From positions 71,939-135,938 of the IMG/VR virus record IMGVR_UViG_3300040801_003693: a stretch of 64,000 nt of DNA; one strand, given 5' to 3'. The position numbers were made by a program, and so were the translations under genes. Shown piece after piece: positions 38,499 to 48,907 of the stretch. The DNA is from a virus. The notes beneath the pieces are model-generated. The model saw nothing but the letters and a program-made list of their open reading frames with translations. It was not told where the DNA came from and did no database searches. Each line of letters begins with the position of its first letter. The stretch's first letter is position 1.

Positions 38499-39808
38499 AC
38501 TCTGTTCCTTTGGAGGAGGAGTTATTATCTGTTAAAAGTTCTGACTTGGAAAGACGTTTAGATTATAGAAAGCAGTTAAATTTTGGGATGGTAATTAATA
38601 ATGCTGAGAATCAATCGGCAGAACTTATTAATACTACCCGTAGAAATTTAGATTCAACTATAACTTTTACTCAATATAATCAGTTAATTGAGTCTTACTT
38701 ATATACATTAATGCAAACTTCTTTTCTCGGAGAGATAGATCAATCTAGTTTAAGTTCTCATTATTCTAGAAAGAAAAAGTTATTTAATACCAAACGAATT
38801 ATTCCCTCTTCTCAATATTTAGAAGAATTGCTTTATGGTAATCAGCTTGTATGGGGAGGTAAGTATGGTAGCATTGCTTATTATAATTATATAACAGAGG
38901 ATAAAAATAATTATCAAAATCCTTCGCAAATACTTTATAGATCAATTAGTGAAATTATTAATCAAACTTCGATTATAAATAATGATTCAACAAAGGTATT
39001 GAGTTATTTAGAAAGGTTTAAGAATTTAATATTAGAAGATTCCATAGCAGCGGATACAGAATTGTACGATTTAAGTTTTGATTTTATTAGAGTGTGGGAT
39101 TTAACTTCTTCTGTAGAGCTAACTGAATTCTTGCCTCAATGGTTAATAGGTTTAATTGATGATTATAAACAAGGTAGATTAAATCAAGCTTCAGAAAACA
39201 ATCAAATTAATGCACTAAATAGTTTAAGAGAAATAGTTAATTTAACTTTTAGATTAGGATTAGATGATGCTAATTTAGATACTAATTTAACCTATAGTTT
39301 TTTGCATCAAAGTATTTCTCCAATATATTTTTCTTTAGTAGAAGACATTTATTCAATTAGAAAGAGAACTTTATTTAGAACTTCAGATAATAGATTTAGT
39401 TATGTTGAGGAAAAGTTAAAAGAGCTTACTGACTTTTTAAAATTAGATAATTCTGATGGGATTATTAGAGAAAAATCCTATAAAATTTTAACTAATTTAT
39501 TTCCCATTGGGGGATTAAACGAATTGCTTTTAAGTTTATCATTAAGTTTATTGTTAAGAGTTTATATTATTACTCATGTAACTAATAATGTTTATAGAGA
39601 TTTAGAAGTATATCCTTTTAAAGCATCTCTGCCGGGGGGAACAGAACTAAAAGGAAGGTGTAATAAATTAGTTTATATGTCTGGTTATTTATTAAAGAAG
39701 TGTAATTTAAATTATTTAAATAATATAGGGAATAATTTAATTGCGTTAAGTAATTTATATGAAGAGTCAGAGTTAGAAATAGAAAGAGTATTAGATTTAA
39801 CAAGATAA
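38474..39808 (+). CDS. Hypothetical protein (tail/baseplate operon)
   Basis: ORF in operon. Confidence 0.5.
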   Translation: MGSEQFYLDSVPLEEELLSVKSSDLERRLDYRKQLNFGMVINNAENQSAELINTTRRNLDSTITFTQYNQLIESYLYTLMQTSFLGEIDQSSLSSHYSRKKKLFNTKRIIPSSQYLEELLYGNQLVWGGKYGSIAYYNYITEDKNNYQNPSQILYRSISEIINQTSIINNDSTKVLSYLERFKNLILEDSIAADTELYDLSFDFIRVWDLTSSVELTEFLPQWLIGLIDDYKQGRLNQASENNQINALNSLREIVNLTFRLGLDDANLDTNLTYSFLHQSISPIYFSLVEDIYSIRKRTLFRTSDNRFSYVEEKLKELTDFLKLDNSDGIIREKSYKILTNLFPIGGLNELLLSLSLSLLLRVYIITHVTNNVYRDLEVYPFKASLPGGTELKGRCNKLVYMSGYLLKKCNLNYLNNIGNNLIALSNLYEESELEIERVLDLTR

Positions 39809-39812
39809 TAGT

Positions 39813-42800
39813 ATGTCGATAGAAAAAGTAAAAGAGATAAAATCTGAAGCTGCGGGGAATATTCTTTTTCAAAACAAGAGTACTTTCTTAGCAAGTTTTT
39901 TTAATAACGATACGATGGCGACGTTTAATGCTGCTTTAAGTTTAGAGAGTTTACAAGCGAGCAGTGCTTCAACCGATAATTCGCTTGCTAAGAAAGAGAT
40001 TTCTCATCAGATATTATTAGAGCCTGCCAAAGCAATTTCTGCTAATACCATGTCTAATCAAGTCATTGAAAATAATACTACGGCAGCGAATTCTTTTTTA
40101 AAAGAAGTTCCGGATAAATTAGAAAAAGCAGGAGAACTATCTCAAAACAAACCCGCAGTAGACAATAAAGTTATTAAAGACTGTGTAAAATCAGCAGCAA
40201 AGAAATGTTCTACAGTAGTTGAGAACGAAGCTGTGAGTGGAGAGTTAGCTCACGGTAATGTTTTTAGCATTACTCACGGGAATCAGATTACTGCGGCAAA
40301 TAGCATCAAGGTTCATTCTGATACCAACTATAGTTTGCGATCGCCTGCTGCTAGCGTCAATACTCAAGACTACATAATACAAGCTAACAACAGCAGTACT
40401 ACAATTACTGATACATTGATTTCGCAGACCAAGAACAGCGTTGAGTTTGCAGAGAATTCAAAGATTACTCAAAGTTCTGATAGTTTGAATGTTGCGACGA
40501 ATGCTTCTGATTACGTATCTAAACATTTTAGAACAATAGGAGTAGAACAGAATACTTCTATGGGGAAGACTAATCAGATAGTTGCTGATGAGAAAATGCT
40601 TCAGGTGTCTGGGAATAGTTTTTCTCAAGCTTCTTATGGGGACTTTTCTACTCAGTCCAATGGAAATATAAATATAATTGCAAGTAAAGGAAGTAAAGAA
40701 GTCGGAACTATTTTTGCTTTGGGGCACGATCATGGAGCAGTAGATTTTGATGAAGTAGCTGAAACTTTTAACTCCATCAATATTATTAATGATAACATAA
40801 GCAGTAATAATATATTTTCATTAAGTAATAAAGGGAACTTATTTACTACTACAGGGAACAGTACTATATCAGCAAGTGGTTCTGCGGTGGTATCTGGAGA
40901 TAAAGGTGTAGTAAATTATTCTAATAAAGTAGTTTATTTAGGAGGTCCGAGTGGAGGGGTAATAGTAAAAGGGAATAAATTATTTCTTAATTCTATTCCT
41001 TTACCTATAGGAAATTTCTCTCCTCCTAAAGTTTTAGAGCTACCTCCTCTGCCTGAGTTTCCAGATTTGCCATCACAAGAATTAGAGAATTGTATTCCGG
41101 ATAAATTTAAGCCAAAAGGATTAAAGCGTTCGGAACCTGGCAAAGAAATATTTTCTGGAAGGATAGAAGATTTTGAAGACGGATTATTTAACGGGGATAA
41201 AACGACTCCTCCATTTATTGAAGAAGGTAGTCTTCCCACAGTATCAGATGATATAGAAGGGCAACTAAGAAGAGCGGGGGTTAACAATGATATCCCTTCA
41301 GATAGTTTACCTACGGTATCAGATGATATACAGGGGCAGTTAGATCGAGCAGGAGTAGAAAGAGAAGAGAATTCTAATAAAGTTATTCTTAATCCTACTC
41401 CAGAAGATATTGTTACCTCTCGTAATAATAAAAAGAAATCTTCAATTGTTTTAACCAAACCGGGTAATGTTGCCTCTGAAAATCAAGTAGATAGAAAACT
41501 ACCAGGAGTAACGGTAAAGAAAGATGATGCAGTAGGAGCATCTAATTTTACAAAGATAGATGCCTCTGCAATGACTGGAGGTGGTTTTAATATTTACATG
41601 GATAAAATCAATACTGATTCTTATAACAATGTATTTAAACTTATGCAAAAAGGTATCTTTGCCGAAGGTGCTAGTTTATATAAAGTATTAGAATCAGAAG
41701 AAGAGTTAGAACTTTTTGCTGCTGATTTTAAGAATTCAGAGAATCAAGTTAATGAACTTATTATTTACAATAATTTACAAAGCTTTCTTCCTAATTCAGT
41801 TATAGAGAAATATTCCGATCCTGCTATATACATTGCCTTATCTACCCTTTCTCCGGAGGAAGTAAAGAGCTTTAAGATTACTAAAGATTCTTTTGGTAAA
41901 GATGTATCGGAAGAAGTAGTAAAAAAAGCATTAGATTTAATTAAGCTTTATCCTCAATCATATCCGGGGATAAAAAATATTATTAATATTATTAATTCTA
42001 TTCCCGCGATAGGATTTCTTAGTTTAGCTTCGAGTTTATTAGGTGGATTTGGGGGTTTAAATATTTCAGAAAGTTTGTTTGGAAATATTAATGGGATTAT
42101 AAACATACCTAATTTCGTGAGCAACGAAGACTATTCGTCTATTTACAGTTTAACAAAGCCCGTACTTAGCGATATATTCTCCGGTAGTATTGTTGGTGAC
42201 ATTATTGACAACCCTACCTTGAATAACATTGGCAAAGAAATATTATCGGGAGAAGATGCAAGTACTGTTCTAGAAAAAAATATCCGCAATACTATTGAAT
42301 CAGAACTCCTTAAAAGACTTCCTGGGAATTTAAAATCTACCATACCCACGTTAAAGAATTTAATTATAAATATTCAATCAAATAAACCTTTAGACGAAAC
42401 ACAATTAATTCAAGATATATCTTCAGCTTTAGGGAATATAACTGGTATTGAAGATTTAAAATTAGCAAATAAAGTTTATAGTCAAATTAAAGATGTAATA
42501 AAAGTTGTAAATGGAGGAGACTTATTAAAATTAATTACAGGTACTTCTTTAGAAGGGTTAGTATCAACTTTGGGTGGGAATAAAAATAAAAGTTTTATTA
42601 CTGATATATTTGGATTATTAAGGGATACAGTTGGAACTGTAGAGGCTATCAAACTGCTTCCAGAATTAATTGATTTAATGAATCAATATAATATTCCGGG
42701 GTTAGAGCAAATTAATATTGCCTTATCTTGTTTAGATTTATTTAATAAAATTAGAAACTTGTTAGATAGAGTAAAAGGATTAACTAGCAAAAATAAATCT

Positions 42801-43373
42801 GCGGCTAGTTTAATTGAACAGTCTCCTAGAATAATTCAAGGGATAAATAGTATTAACGATTCACAAAAAGATTCTCAATTAAACGATCTAATTAAAAGTG
42901 AGAGTGGAGATAGAATTAGTTTAGAGGAAATATCTACACTGGAGATTCCTTTGAGCTTAGACCTTTGTTTTAAAGTTCCAGTATTAACTTTGTCTCAAGC
43001 AGATGTTGAGATTATATCTGTAGAGAAAGGAGTGGTTCAATTCTCCATGAAGAATTCTGATTTCTTTCTTAGTAATAATAATTATATTCCAAAGTTAAAT
43101 GATGTGTTACAAATTAGAGTAGAGTCTTATTATAAAAATATAGATTATAGTTTCCTTACTCCTTATCAAACTGAATTTCAATATACCCCTTCGATTTTAA
43201 ATTTTATAATTGCTAACTACGACCTTAATAATAATTTAGGTATTGCAGTTTTTGACGCTTCTAACGGATCGTTAATTTTAGAAGCAGATGATGGAATTCT
43301 TTATGAATTCAACAGCGCAGATTTAGGAAGTAGTTTGGAATTAAACATAGATAGTGCCTATTTATTAGCTTAA
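39813..43373 (+). CDS. Large virion protein with gp5-C-like beta-repeat region and helical region
   Basis: Ser/Thr/Asn-rich beta repeats, internal duplication SLPTVSDDI(E/Q)GQL(R/D)RAGV. Confidence 0.5.
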   Translation: MSIEKVKEIKSEAAGNILFQNKSTFLASFFNNDTMATFNAALSLESLQASSASTDNSLAKKEISHQILLEPAKAISANTMSNQVIENNTTAANSFLKEVPDKLEKAGELSQNKPAVDNKVIKDCVKSAAKKCSTVVENEAVSGELAHGNVFSITHGNQITAANSIKVHSDTNYSLRSPAASVNTQDYIIQANNSSTTITDTLISQTKNSVEFAENSKITQSSDSLNVATNASDYVSKHFRTIGVEQNTSMGKTNQIVADEKMLQVSGNSFSQASYGDFSTQSNGNINIIASKGSKEVGTIFALGHDHGAVDFDEVAETFNSINIINDNISSNNIFSLSNKGNLFTTTGNSTISASGSAVVSGDKGVVNYSNKVVYLGGPSGGVIVKGNKLFLNSIPLPIGNFSPPKVLELPPLPEFPDLPSQELENCIPDKFKPKGLKRSEPGKEIFSGRIEDFEDGLFNGDKTTPPFIEEGSLPTVSDDIEGQLRRAGVNNDIPSDSLPTVSDDIQGQLDRAGVEREENSNKVILNPTPEDIVTSRNNKKKSSIVLTKPGNVASENQVDRKLPGVTVKKDDAVGASNFTKIDASAMTGGGFNIYMDKINTDSYNNVFKLMQKGIFAEGASLYKVLESEEELELFAADFKNSENQVNELIIYNNLQSFLPNSVIEKYSDPAIYIALSTLSPEEVKSFKITKDSFGKDVSEEVVKKALDLIKLYPQSYPGIKNIINIINSIPAIGFLSLASSLLGGFGGLNISESLFGNINGIINIPNFVSNEDYSSIYSLTKPVLSDIFSGSIVGDIIDNPTLNNIGKEILSGEDASTVLEKNIRNTIESELLKRLPGNLKSTIPTLKNLIINIQSNKPLDETQLIQDISSALGNITGIEDLKLANKVYSQIKDVIKVVNGGDLLKLITGTSLEGLVSTLGGNKNKSFITDIFGLLRDTVGTVEAIKLLPELIDLMNQYNIPGLEQINIALSCLDLFNKIRNLLDRVKGLTSKNKSAASLIEQSPRIIQGINSINDSQKDSQLNDLIKSESGDRISLEEISTLEIPLSLDLCFKVPVLTLSQADVEIISVEKGVVQFSMKNSDFFLSNNNYIPKLNDVLQIRVESYYKNIDYSFLTPYQTEFQYTPSILNFIIANYDLNNNLGIAVFDASNGSLILEADDGILYEFNSADLGSSLELNIDSAYLLA

Positions 43374-43374
43374 G

Positions 43375-43746
43375 ATGAAATTAATTAATCCTTTAGAAAT
43401 AACCAAATACGGAATAGTTGTATATCAACAAGCAGTTAATAACAAAAACATTATTAATTTAAAAATCTTTTTTACAAAAGTTAATCCATTATTCAACTGG
43501 TTAACTTGCGATAATGGTGAAAGATTAATTTGGGACAAAACTATTTCTGACAGCACGGACGGAACTATTTTTATTTATGAGACTAGAAATAGTTTAGAAG
43601 AGGGTTTTTATAGGATAGTAGTAGAGAGTTACAGCTACAACGGGCAATCAAAATTAGGAGAGAAAACAATTGGAGTATTGGAAGAGACAGATAAAATAAT
43701 TATAGGGCTTCCTTATTCCATATACGATCCTATTACGCTTTCATAA
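43375..43746 (+). CDS. Hypothetical protein (baseplate operon)
   Basis: ORF in operon. Confidence 0.5.
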   Translation: MKLINPLEITKYGIVVYQQAVNNKNIINLKIFFTKVNPLFNWLTCDNGERLIWDKTISDSTDGTIFIYETRNSLEEGFYRIVVESYSYNGQSKLGEKTIGVLEETDKIIIGLPYSIYDPITLS

Positions 43747-43756
43747 GAATAAATAT

Positions 43757-44182
43757 ATGGATATAAAAAAAACGACAAGAGGAGACATTGGAATTAAGCA
43801 TTCTGATGAAGACAATGATGGCAACAAATTATATGACCTAATAACTATTTCAGACTACATAAATGTTTTAGTAAGAAGGGCTGTAGAAACACCATTAAGA
43901 TACATTGCAATGTGGTCTTATTCCTCCGAGGGGTTGGATTATATTGATGAGAAGTATGGTAATGGAATTTATTTTAAGTTATCAGAACCAGGAACTAACG
44001 TTTTAATATCTGGGATGAGACAGGATGTTATTAATGCACTAGTTTCGGTTGAGGATTATATTACAGATGTGTCTGTTGAGACTAATCTTTCTAATTTAAA
44101 AACTCTATATATTTATGTAAATTATAAAGAGAAAGAGACAGATACAGAAAAACAAACTGTAGTAGATATAGAGGTGACTTAG
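43757..44182 (+). CDS. Baseplate wedge gp25/gpW-like protein
   Basis: RRAVETP...YG..I pattern; directly upstream of baseplate J. Confidence 0.6.
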   Translation: MDIKKTTRGDIGIKHSDEDNDGNKLYDLITISDYINVLVRRAVETPLRYIAMWSYSSEGLDYIDEKYGNGIYFKLSEPGTNVLISGMRQDVINALVSVEDYITDVSVETNLSNLKTLYIYVNYKEKETDTEKQTVVDIEVT

Positions 44183-45246
44183 TGAGAAATGTAGCGGATG
44201 TATTAAAATCTATACAGAATAATTTAGCAAAACTAAATTCTCCTTTAGCGGATTTTAAAGAGTTCAGTAATATTTACATTATATTAAGAGGATTAGCAAA
44301 TCTTTTTGTTGAGCAGTCAAATGATTTAGTGACAGAAAGAGACAACAAATTTTTAATGACAGCAAAAGGGATTGAATTAGATAGAATAGGATTGCTTTAT
44401 GGTCAAACTAGGGCTACAGGTGAGTTTGCTAGGGGTTATGTTTTAGTTAAAAGTTTGCTAGCAAATACAAGATTAGAAGAAGGATTAATTTTAACTACAG
44501 CAGATGGTTCAAATCAGTATAGATTATCAACCAGCATTGTATTAAATTCTGATTTTGAATTACCAGTAGAGATTGTAGCTACAGCAAAAAAGACTGAAAG
44601 TAATTTAAATGCGGGCACCAGATTATACTCTAGCTTTTATCCTAATGTAGAATTTACTATTGGTAAATATCGCAATTCATTATCAGTTCCGGTGTTAGGA
44701 TTAATAGGAGGAAGAGAGAGTGAGGCAGATGATTCTTTTCGAGATAGATTAAGGCTTTACATTGGCTCTTTAGAAAAAGGTACTCTTGACTCTATTAAAA
44801 GTACGATTCTCTCTCAGGAGTTTAAGAAAGTTTACATATTAGAACAGGCTCCTGTTACAGGCTATATTACTATATATGTTTCAAGTAACAATCAAGAAAA
44901 GATTGATGATCTATACTTTTTAATAGATAAAGTAAAACCAGTTGGATTATCTTATGAAATTCAACCCATTCCTTTACTCTCAACTGATATAAGATTAAAC
45001 GTTACGCTAACAGATAATGTTGATATTGATGATACTTTAAATTTAATCAGAAGCAGCATTTATAATTCAGTTGACGATTTAGAGCTAGGTGATTCTTTAT
45101 CTATAAACTTACTTTTAAGTTTAATATTAAATGTAGATGGAGTTAGAACAGCAACTATTATTAATCCTACTAATGATGTCATAGCTAATTTTAATGAATT
45201 AATTAGTATAAGTGATATTTTTATAAATGTGCTTCAAGGATTGTAA
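44182..45246 (+). CDS. Baseplate J/gp47 protein
   Basis: TAKGIELDRIG, GGRESEADDSFRDR, KGTLDSIK, KVKPVG, NVDGV. Confidence 0.9.
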   Translation: MRNVADVLKSIQNNLAKLNSPLADFKEFSNIYIILRGLANLFVEQSNDLVTERDNKFLMTAKGIELDRIGLLYGQTRATGEFARGYVLVKSLLANTRLEEGLILTTADGSNQYRLSTSIVLNSDFELPVEIVATAKKTESNLNAGTRLYSSFYPNVEFTIGKYRNSLSVPVLGLIGGRESEADDSFRDRLRLYIGSLEKGTLDSIKSTILSQEFKKVYILEQAPVTGYITIYVSSNNQEKIDDLYFLIDKVKPVGLSYEIQPIPLLSTDIRLNVTLTDNVDIDDTLNLIRSSIYNSVDDLELGDSLSINLLLSLILNVDGVRTATIINPTNDVIANFNELISISDIFINVLQGL

Positions 45247-48002
45247 TGAATTTATATTATAAGTTATTAAAAAGTTTACATAATAATAACGGTTCTACTC
45301 TTTACAATAACAAATTAGTCACGGGTTGTTTTGTTAAAGGTCAGCAGGAAGATTATGAAGGTATAGTTAAAGTTAAAGTTAACAATTTAACTTTAACTGG
45401 AGGTGCAGTTACCGACCATGATTGCTTTACTGATGATTGTTTGTATGGTTCGGGAATTTACCAGTCTGCTATTCCAACAGATATACAAGATCCTTTATCT
45501 AAATTATATTTTCTTAAAGGTTTAGTAGACACTAATGGCAATGTATGGACGGTTGATTTTGTTTCTTTATGTCCTAGTAGTTCTAGCTATAATTATTTAG
45601 AAAGAAATATTCCTCTTGACGTAAGAGGATATGCTAATTCTTCTGTAATTATTTCTTCTAAATTAAAAATTGCTCTTATTCGTAAGACTAGTGTAGATAA
45701 ATCTGAAATTGCTTTGACGCTTTACGGAGATTATCCTTTATCAGAACAGCCCTTTTTAACTCAACCTTTCTGCCAGGGAGAAAGGAACTATACTGCGAAC
45801 AATCAAGTAATAGATATTGAGGAGATATCGTTTACAATTATATCATTAATTCTAAACAACTATCATCATGTAGAAGATTTTGAATTAAAGTTTCCTATTC
45901 AAGGAGAAGTAGATAAATTATTTACTTCTATAATAGATGATAATTATACTAGGCTATATAACCTAGTAGATTTAGATTCTACTAGTAATAGATTTGGTTC
46001 TATTCCCAGATACATAGCTAGTTACAGTACTAATAAAAATCTTTATAGTAGTGCAGATGAGAGGTATAATAATTCGGATATTAATTTTCATAACGATAAT
46101 TGTTTTGATAATGGTTGTTTTGCAGTAACTGATGTTTCTAGTCTTTTAGTTTCTAGGTATGTTTCAACAAGAGCGATTGCCTGGTTACTTTATTCACTAT
46201 GTTTGCATAAAGAATATTTTAATGAGACTAAGTATGATAGATTAATTAACTATTTAAGTTCTTATATTACTTCTCAAATTGATAAGAATTACTTAGTAAC
46301 AGAAGGATGGGAACATCACAATACTCTTGCATTATCTGCAAGGATAGAGTCACATTCTTTGTCTACAAATGTAATAAGTTGCTTAGCATTATTCAAGCTA
46401 TTCGATCTAACAAGCAGAGCTTACTATCATGAGTTAGCGATTGGAATTTATCAATCTATTTTTGATAATTTTTATTCTTACAAATTAAATAAATTTAACA
46501 GTAAGAATGATTCGGACTTAGCGACAGTTACTTACGGAATGTTGTTTGCAACTGCTATAAAAAGAGAAGACATAATAGAAGTATTGTTAAATAACTTATC
46601 TAAAAGTTTAGTTAAGACTAATTATGGTAATAAGCTTTATGAATATGATGAGACTTATTCTTCTTATGAAGCGATCGATTATTTAAATAAAGATTATTTG
46701 GATTCAGATAACTATAACTATTTAAAAAGTTTAAGCTTTATAAATTTAAATTCTGTAATAAATACCAGAGACTTTTTTAAAGAGTTATATTTGTTAAGGG
46801 AATTAATTGAATCGAATGTTAATAATGGGTTTAGCATTTCTTCCGAAGTATTAAATAGAAATATAGAATTATTTGATAGCTACATAGAGAATTATTTTAA
46901 GTGTTATTCTAGTTTTATAATTGCGGACAAGATAAATTTTCCATTAAGGAATTATGTAGAGGAATTGTTCTCAGTAAATATAACTTATACAGATACAAGT
47001 GTTTTTTATCGTAATTTTTTAACAGAGAAATTAAAGAAATGGATACCAATTAATTTTGGTTGGTTTTCAGATAACTCTCTTCTTCCTCAAAGTCAGTTAA
47101 ACAAGTTTTTAAAAAGTATTTCTTTAGTCATTGCTACATTTAACGTACTTAAATCTAGAGCATTTAATGCGGATATTTATACATTAGGATACTTAGAGTT
47201 AAAATTAACTGCTAGAGAGTTAAGTACTGATAGGTTAATTCAGGAAACAACAAAGAGATTTATAGATTATTTAATATCTTTTTATAATGAAGTAGATAAT
47301 AGTCTAACCGAATCTGGGCTTAAGCTTCAGACAAGAAGATATAACTATGAGATATGTATTGAGGATAAATGGAATGAAATTATATCTACTAATGGATTCT
47401 ATTCAAGAAGGTTTACACCTTTCATAGGACTTGGATACCTCTCCGGGGAAGAGATGTATAGTGCGGGGTTAATCAAGGTAACAGTTTTTAGACCATTAAG
47501 AGAAGTAATAGACAAAGTAATTCATAGGTTTAAACCAGCGGGAACAAAAGTTGTATATGAAGAGGTACTGACAGTATCACCGGATATATCAATATTTAGT
47601 AATAGTAGTTGTATGCTAATTAAATCTATTAGTATACCACCAGAATGTGTAGTACTGCTAGAAAACGGAAACTATATGCTTACAGAATTAGAAGAGTATG
47701 TAGGGTTAGAAACCTGTTTACCTGTAGAAGGATGTGGGATATTAACAGAATTAGGAGAGTTAATAATTTCAGAGATAGGTGTTGATTTAAGATTAGAAGA
47801 TGCGGATTGTGATTCGGAGATAGCTTTAATTGAATGTGGAATATTAACAGAGTTAGGTGAATATGTTTTATCAGAAATTGAGAATAATTTAGTACAAGAG
47901 AATAGTAGCTGTATATTTATAAATCAAAATAGCTACATTATTCAAGAAGATTCTAATAGGATAAATACAGAAGTAAATGATTTTAATTTAATACTAGAAT
48001 AA
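45246..48002 (+). CDS. Baseplate wedge (gpI-like C-region) protein with large helical insert and ILTELGE repeats
   Basis: LIQETTKRF, IHRFKPAGTK; follows baseplate J. Confidence 0.55.
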   Translation: MNLYYKLLKSLHNNNGSTLYNNKLVTGCFVKGQQEDYEGIVKVKVNNLTLTGGAVTDHDCFTDDCLYGSGIYQSAIPTDIQDPLSKLYFLKGLVDTNGNVWTVDFVSLCPSSSSYNYLERNIPLDVRGYANSSVIISSKLKIALIRKTSVDKSEIALTLYGDYPLSEQPFLTQPFCQGERNYTANNQVIDIEEISFTIISLILNNYHHVEDFELKFPIQGEVDKLFTSIIDDNYTRLYNLVDLDSTSNRFGSIPRYIASYSTNKNLYSSADERYNNSDINFHNDNCFDNGCFAVTDVSSLLVSRYVSTRAIAWLLYSLCLHKEYFNETKYDRLINYLSSYITSQIDKNYLVTEGWEHHNTLALSARIESHSLSTNVISCLALFKLFDLTSRAYYHELAIGIYQSIFDNFYSYKLNKFNSKNDSDLATVTYGMLFATAIKREDIIEVLLNNLSKSLVKTNYGNKLYEYDETYSSYEAIDYLNKDYLDSDNYNYLKSLSFINLNSVINTRDFFKELYLLRELIESNVNNGFSISSEVLNRNIELFDSYIENYFKCYSSFIIADKINFPLRNYVEELFSVNITYTDTSVFYRNFLTEKLKKWIPINFGWFSDNSLLPQSQLNKFLKSISLVIATFNVLKSRAFNADIYTLGYLELKLTARELSTDRLIQETTKRFIDYLISFYNEVDNSLTESGLKLQTRRYNYEICIEDKWNEIISTNGFYSRRFTPFIGLGYLSGEEMYSAGLIKVTVFRPLREVIDKVIHRFKPAGTKVVYEEVLTVSPDISIFSNSSCMLIKSISIPPECVVLLENGNYMLTELEEYVGLETCLPVEGCGILTELGELIISEIGVDLRLEDADCDSEIALIECGILTELGEYVLSEIENNLVQENSSCIFINQNSYIIQEDSNRINTEVNDFNLILE

Positions 48003-48014
48003 AGATTAAGAATT

Positions 48015-48902
48015 ATGGCGCAAAGTGATAAAAAGATTTCTGAATTTACGGATGCAATAGCCGCAGATATATCAGATTTAACAATTATTCCGGCTATTAC
48101 ATTAGATGGATCGCAGGGATATAAAAACGTTAAAGCAAGTTTAGGACAGATATTAAAGGATGCAACTTCAAGTGCTAAAGGTAGAATTCAACTGACAGGT
48201 GATTTGGGAGGTACTGCTGAATCTCCAACGGTTCCAGGATTAGGAGATAAAGCCCCTATTGCAAATCCTACATTTACGGGTACTGTATCCGTTCCAGATG
48301 CTGTCAGTGGAGATAGTAGTAATATTGCGGCTAATACTCGGTTTGTAACTGAGGCTTTAAGTAATGTAAGTGCGGGGGATACTCCAGACGCTACCAATAT
48401 TATTAAAGGTAAACTACAAATATCTCAAGACTTAAGTGGTACTGCGGATGCTCCTACTGTAGTAGGATTAAATGGAGTCGCTATTGACTTTTCTAATTTA
48501 ACTAATAATTCTTACCTGAATTATAACGGTACTAGTTATGAATTCTCTCCTCTAACCAAAGTTATTACAGAAACTATTTCCTCTCAGATTGAAATACCTT
48601 TAGCTAAAGAATACACCTTAGAACTTAAAGCTCCCGTAGCATTTAAAGTAGATGCAATTACGATTAAAAGTGTAATAGGTGGCGGAGAATATTGGTTGGC
48701 AGTAGACGGAGTTCCAGTACAGGGTGGAATTAAGGATGCTTCTAATTATACTGGTATTGTTACTACTACTGAATCCACAATTACCTTTACAGGAACAGCT
48801 AAGGAGGTAGCGATAGGACAAGACTTAGTATTGGAATTTGCTAGTATTGTAGAAAACACTACTGATATTATATTAACAGTTCAAACAAGTCGTATAATTT
48901 GA
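48015..48902 (+). CDS. Tail fibre-like protein
   Basis: KKISEF start; DAT...KG.(I/L)Q...DL.GTA..PTV repeat x2. Confidence 0.7.
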   Translation: MAQSDKKISEFTDAIAADISDLTIIPAITLDGSQGYKNVKASLGQILKDATSSAKGRIQLTGDLGGTAESPTVPGLGDKAPIANPTFTGTVSVPDAVSGDSSNIAANTRFVTEALSNVSAGDTPDATNIIKGKLQISQDLSGTADAPTVVGLNGVAIDFSNLTNNSYLNYNGTSYEFSPLTKVITETISSQIEIPLAKEYTLELKAPVAFKVDAITIKSVIGGGEYWLAVDGVPVQGGIKDASNYTGIVTTTESTITFTGTAKEVAIGQDLVLEFASIVENTTDIILTVQTSRII

Positions 48903-48907
48903 GTTAA

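Noticed and set aside
41225-41357. Internal repeat in 39813..43373 as a diversity-generating retroelement template/variable pair
   Set aside because: Differences are not adenine-specific and there is no reverse transcriptase
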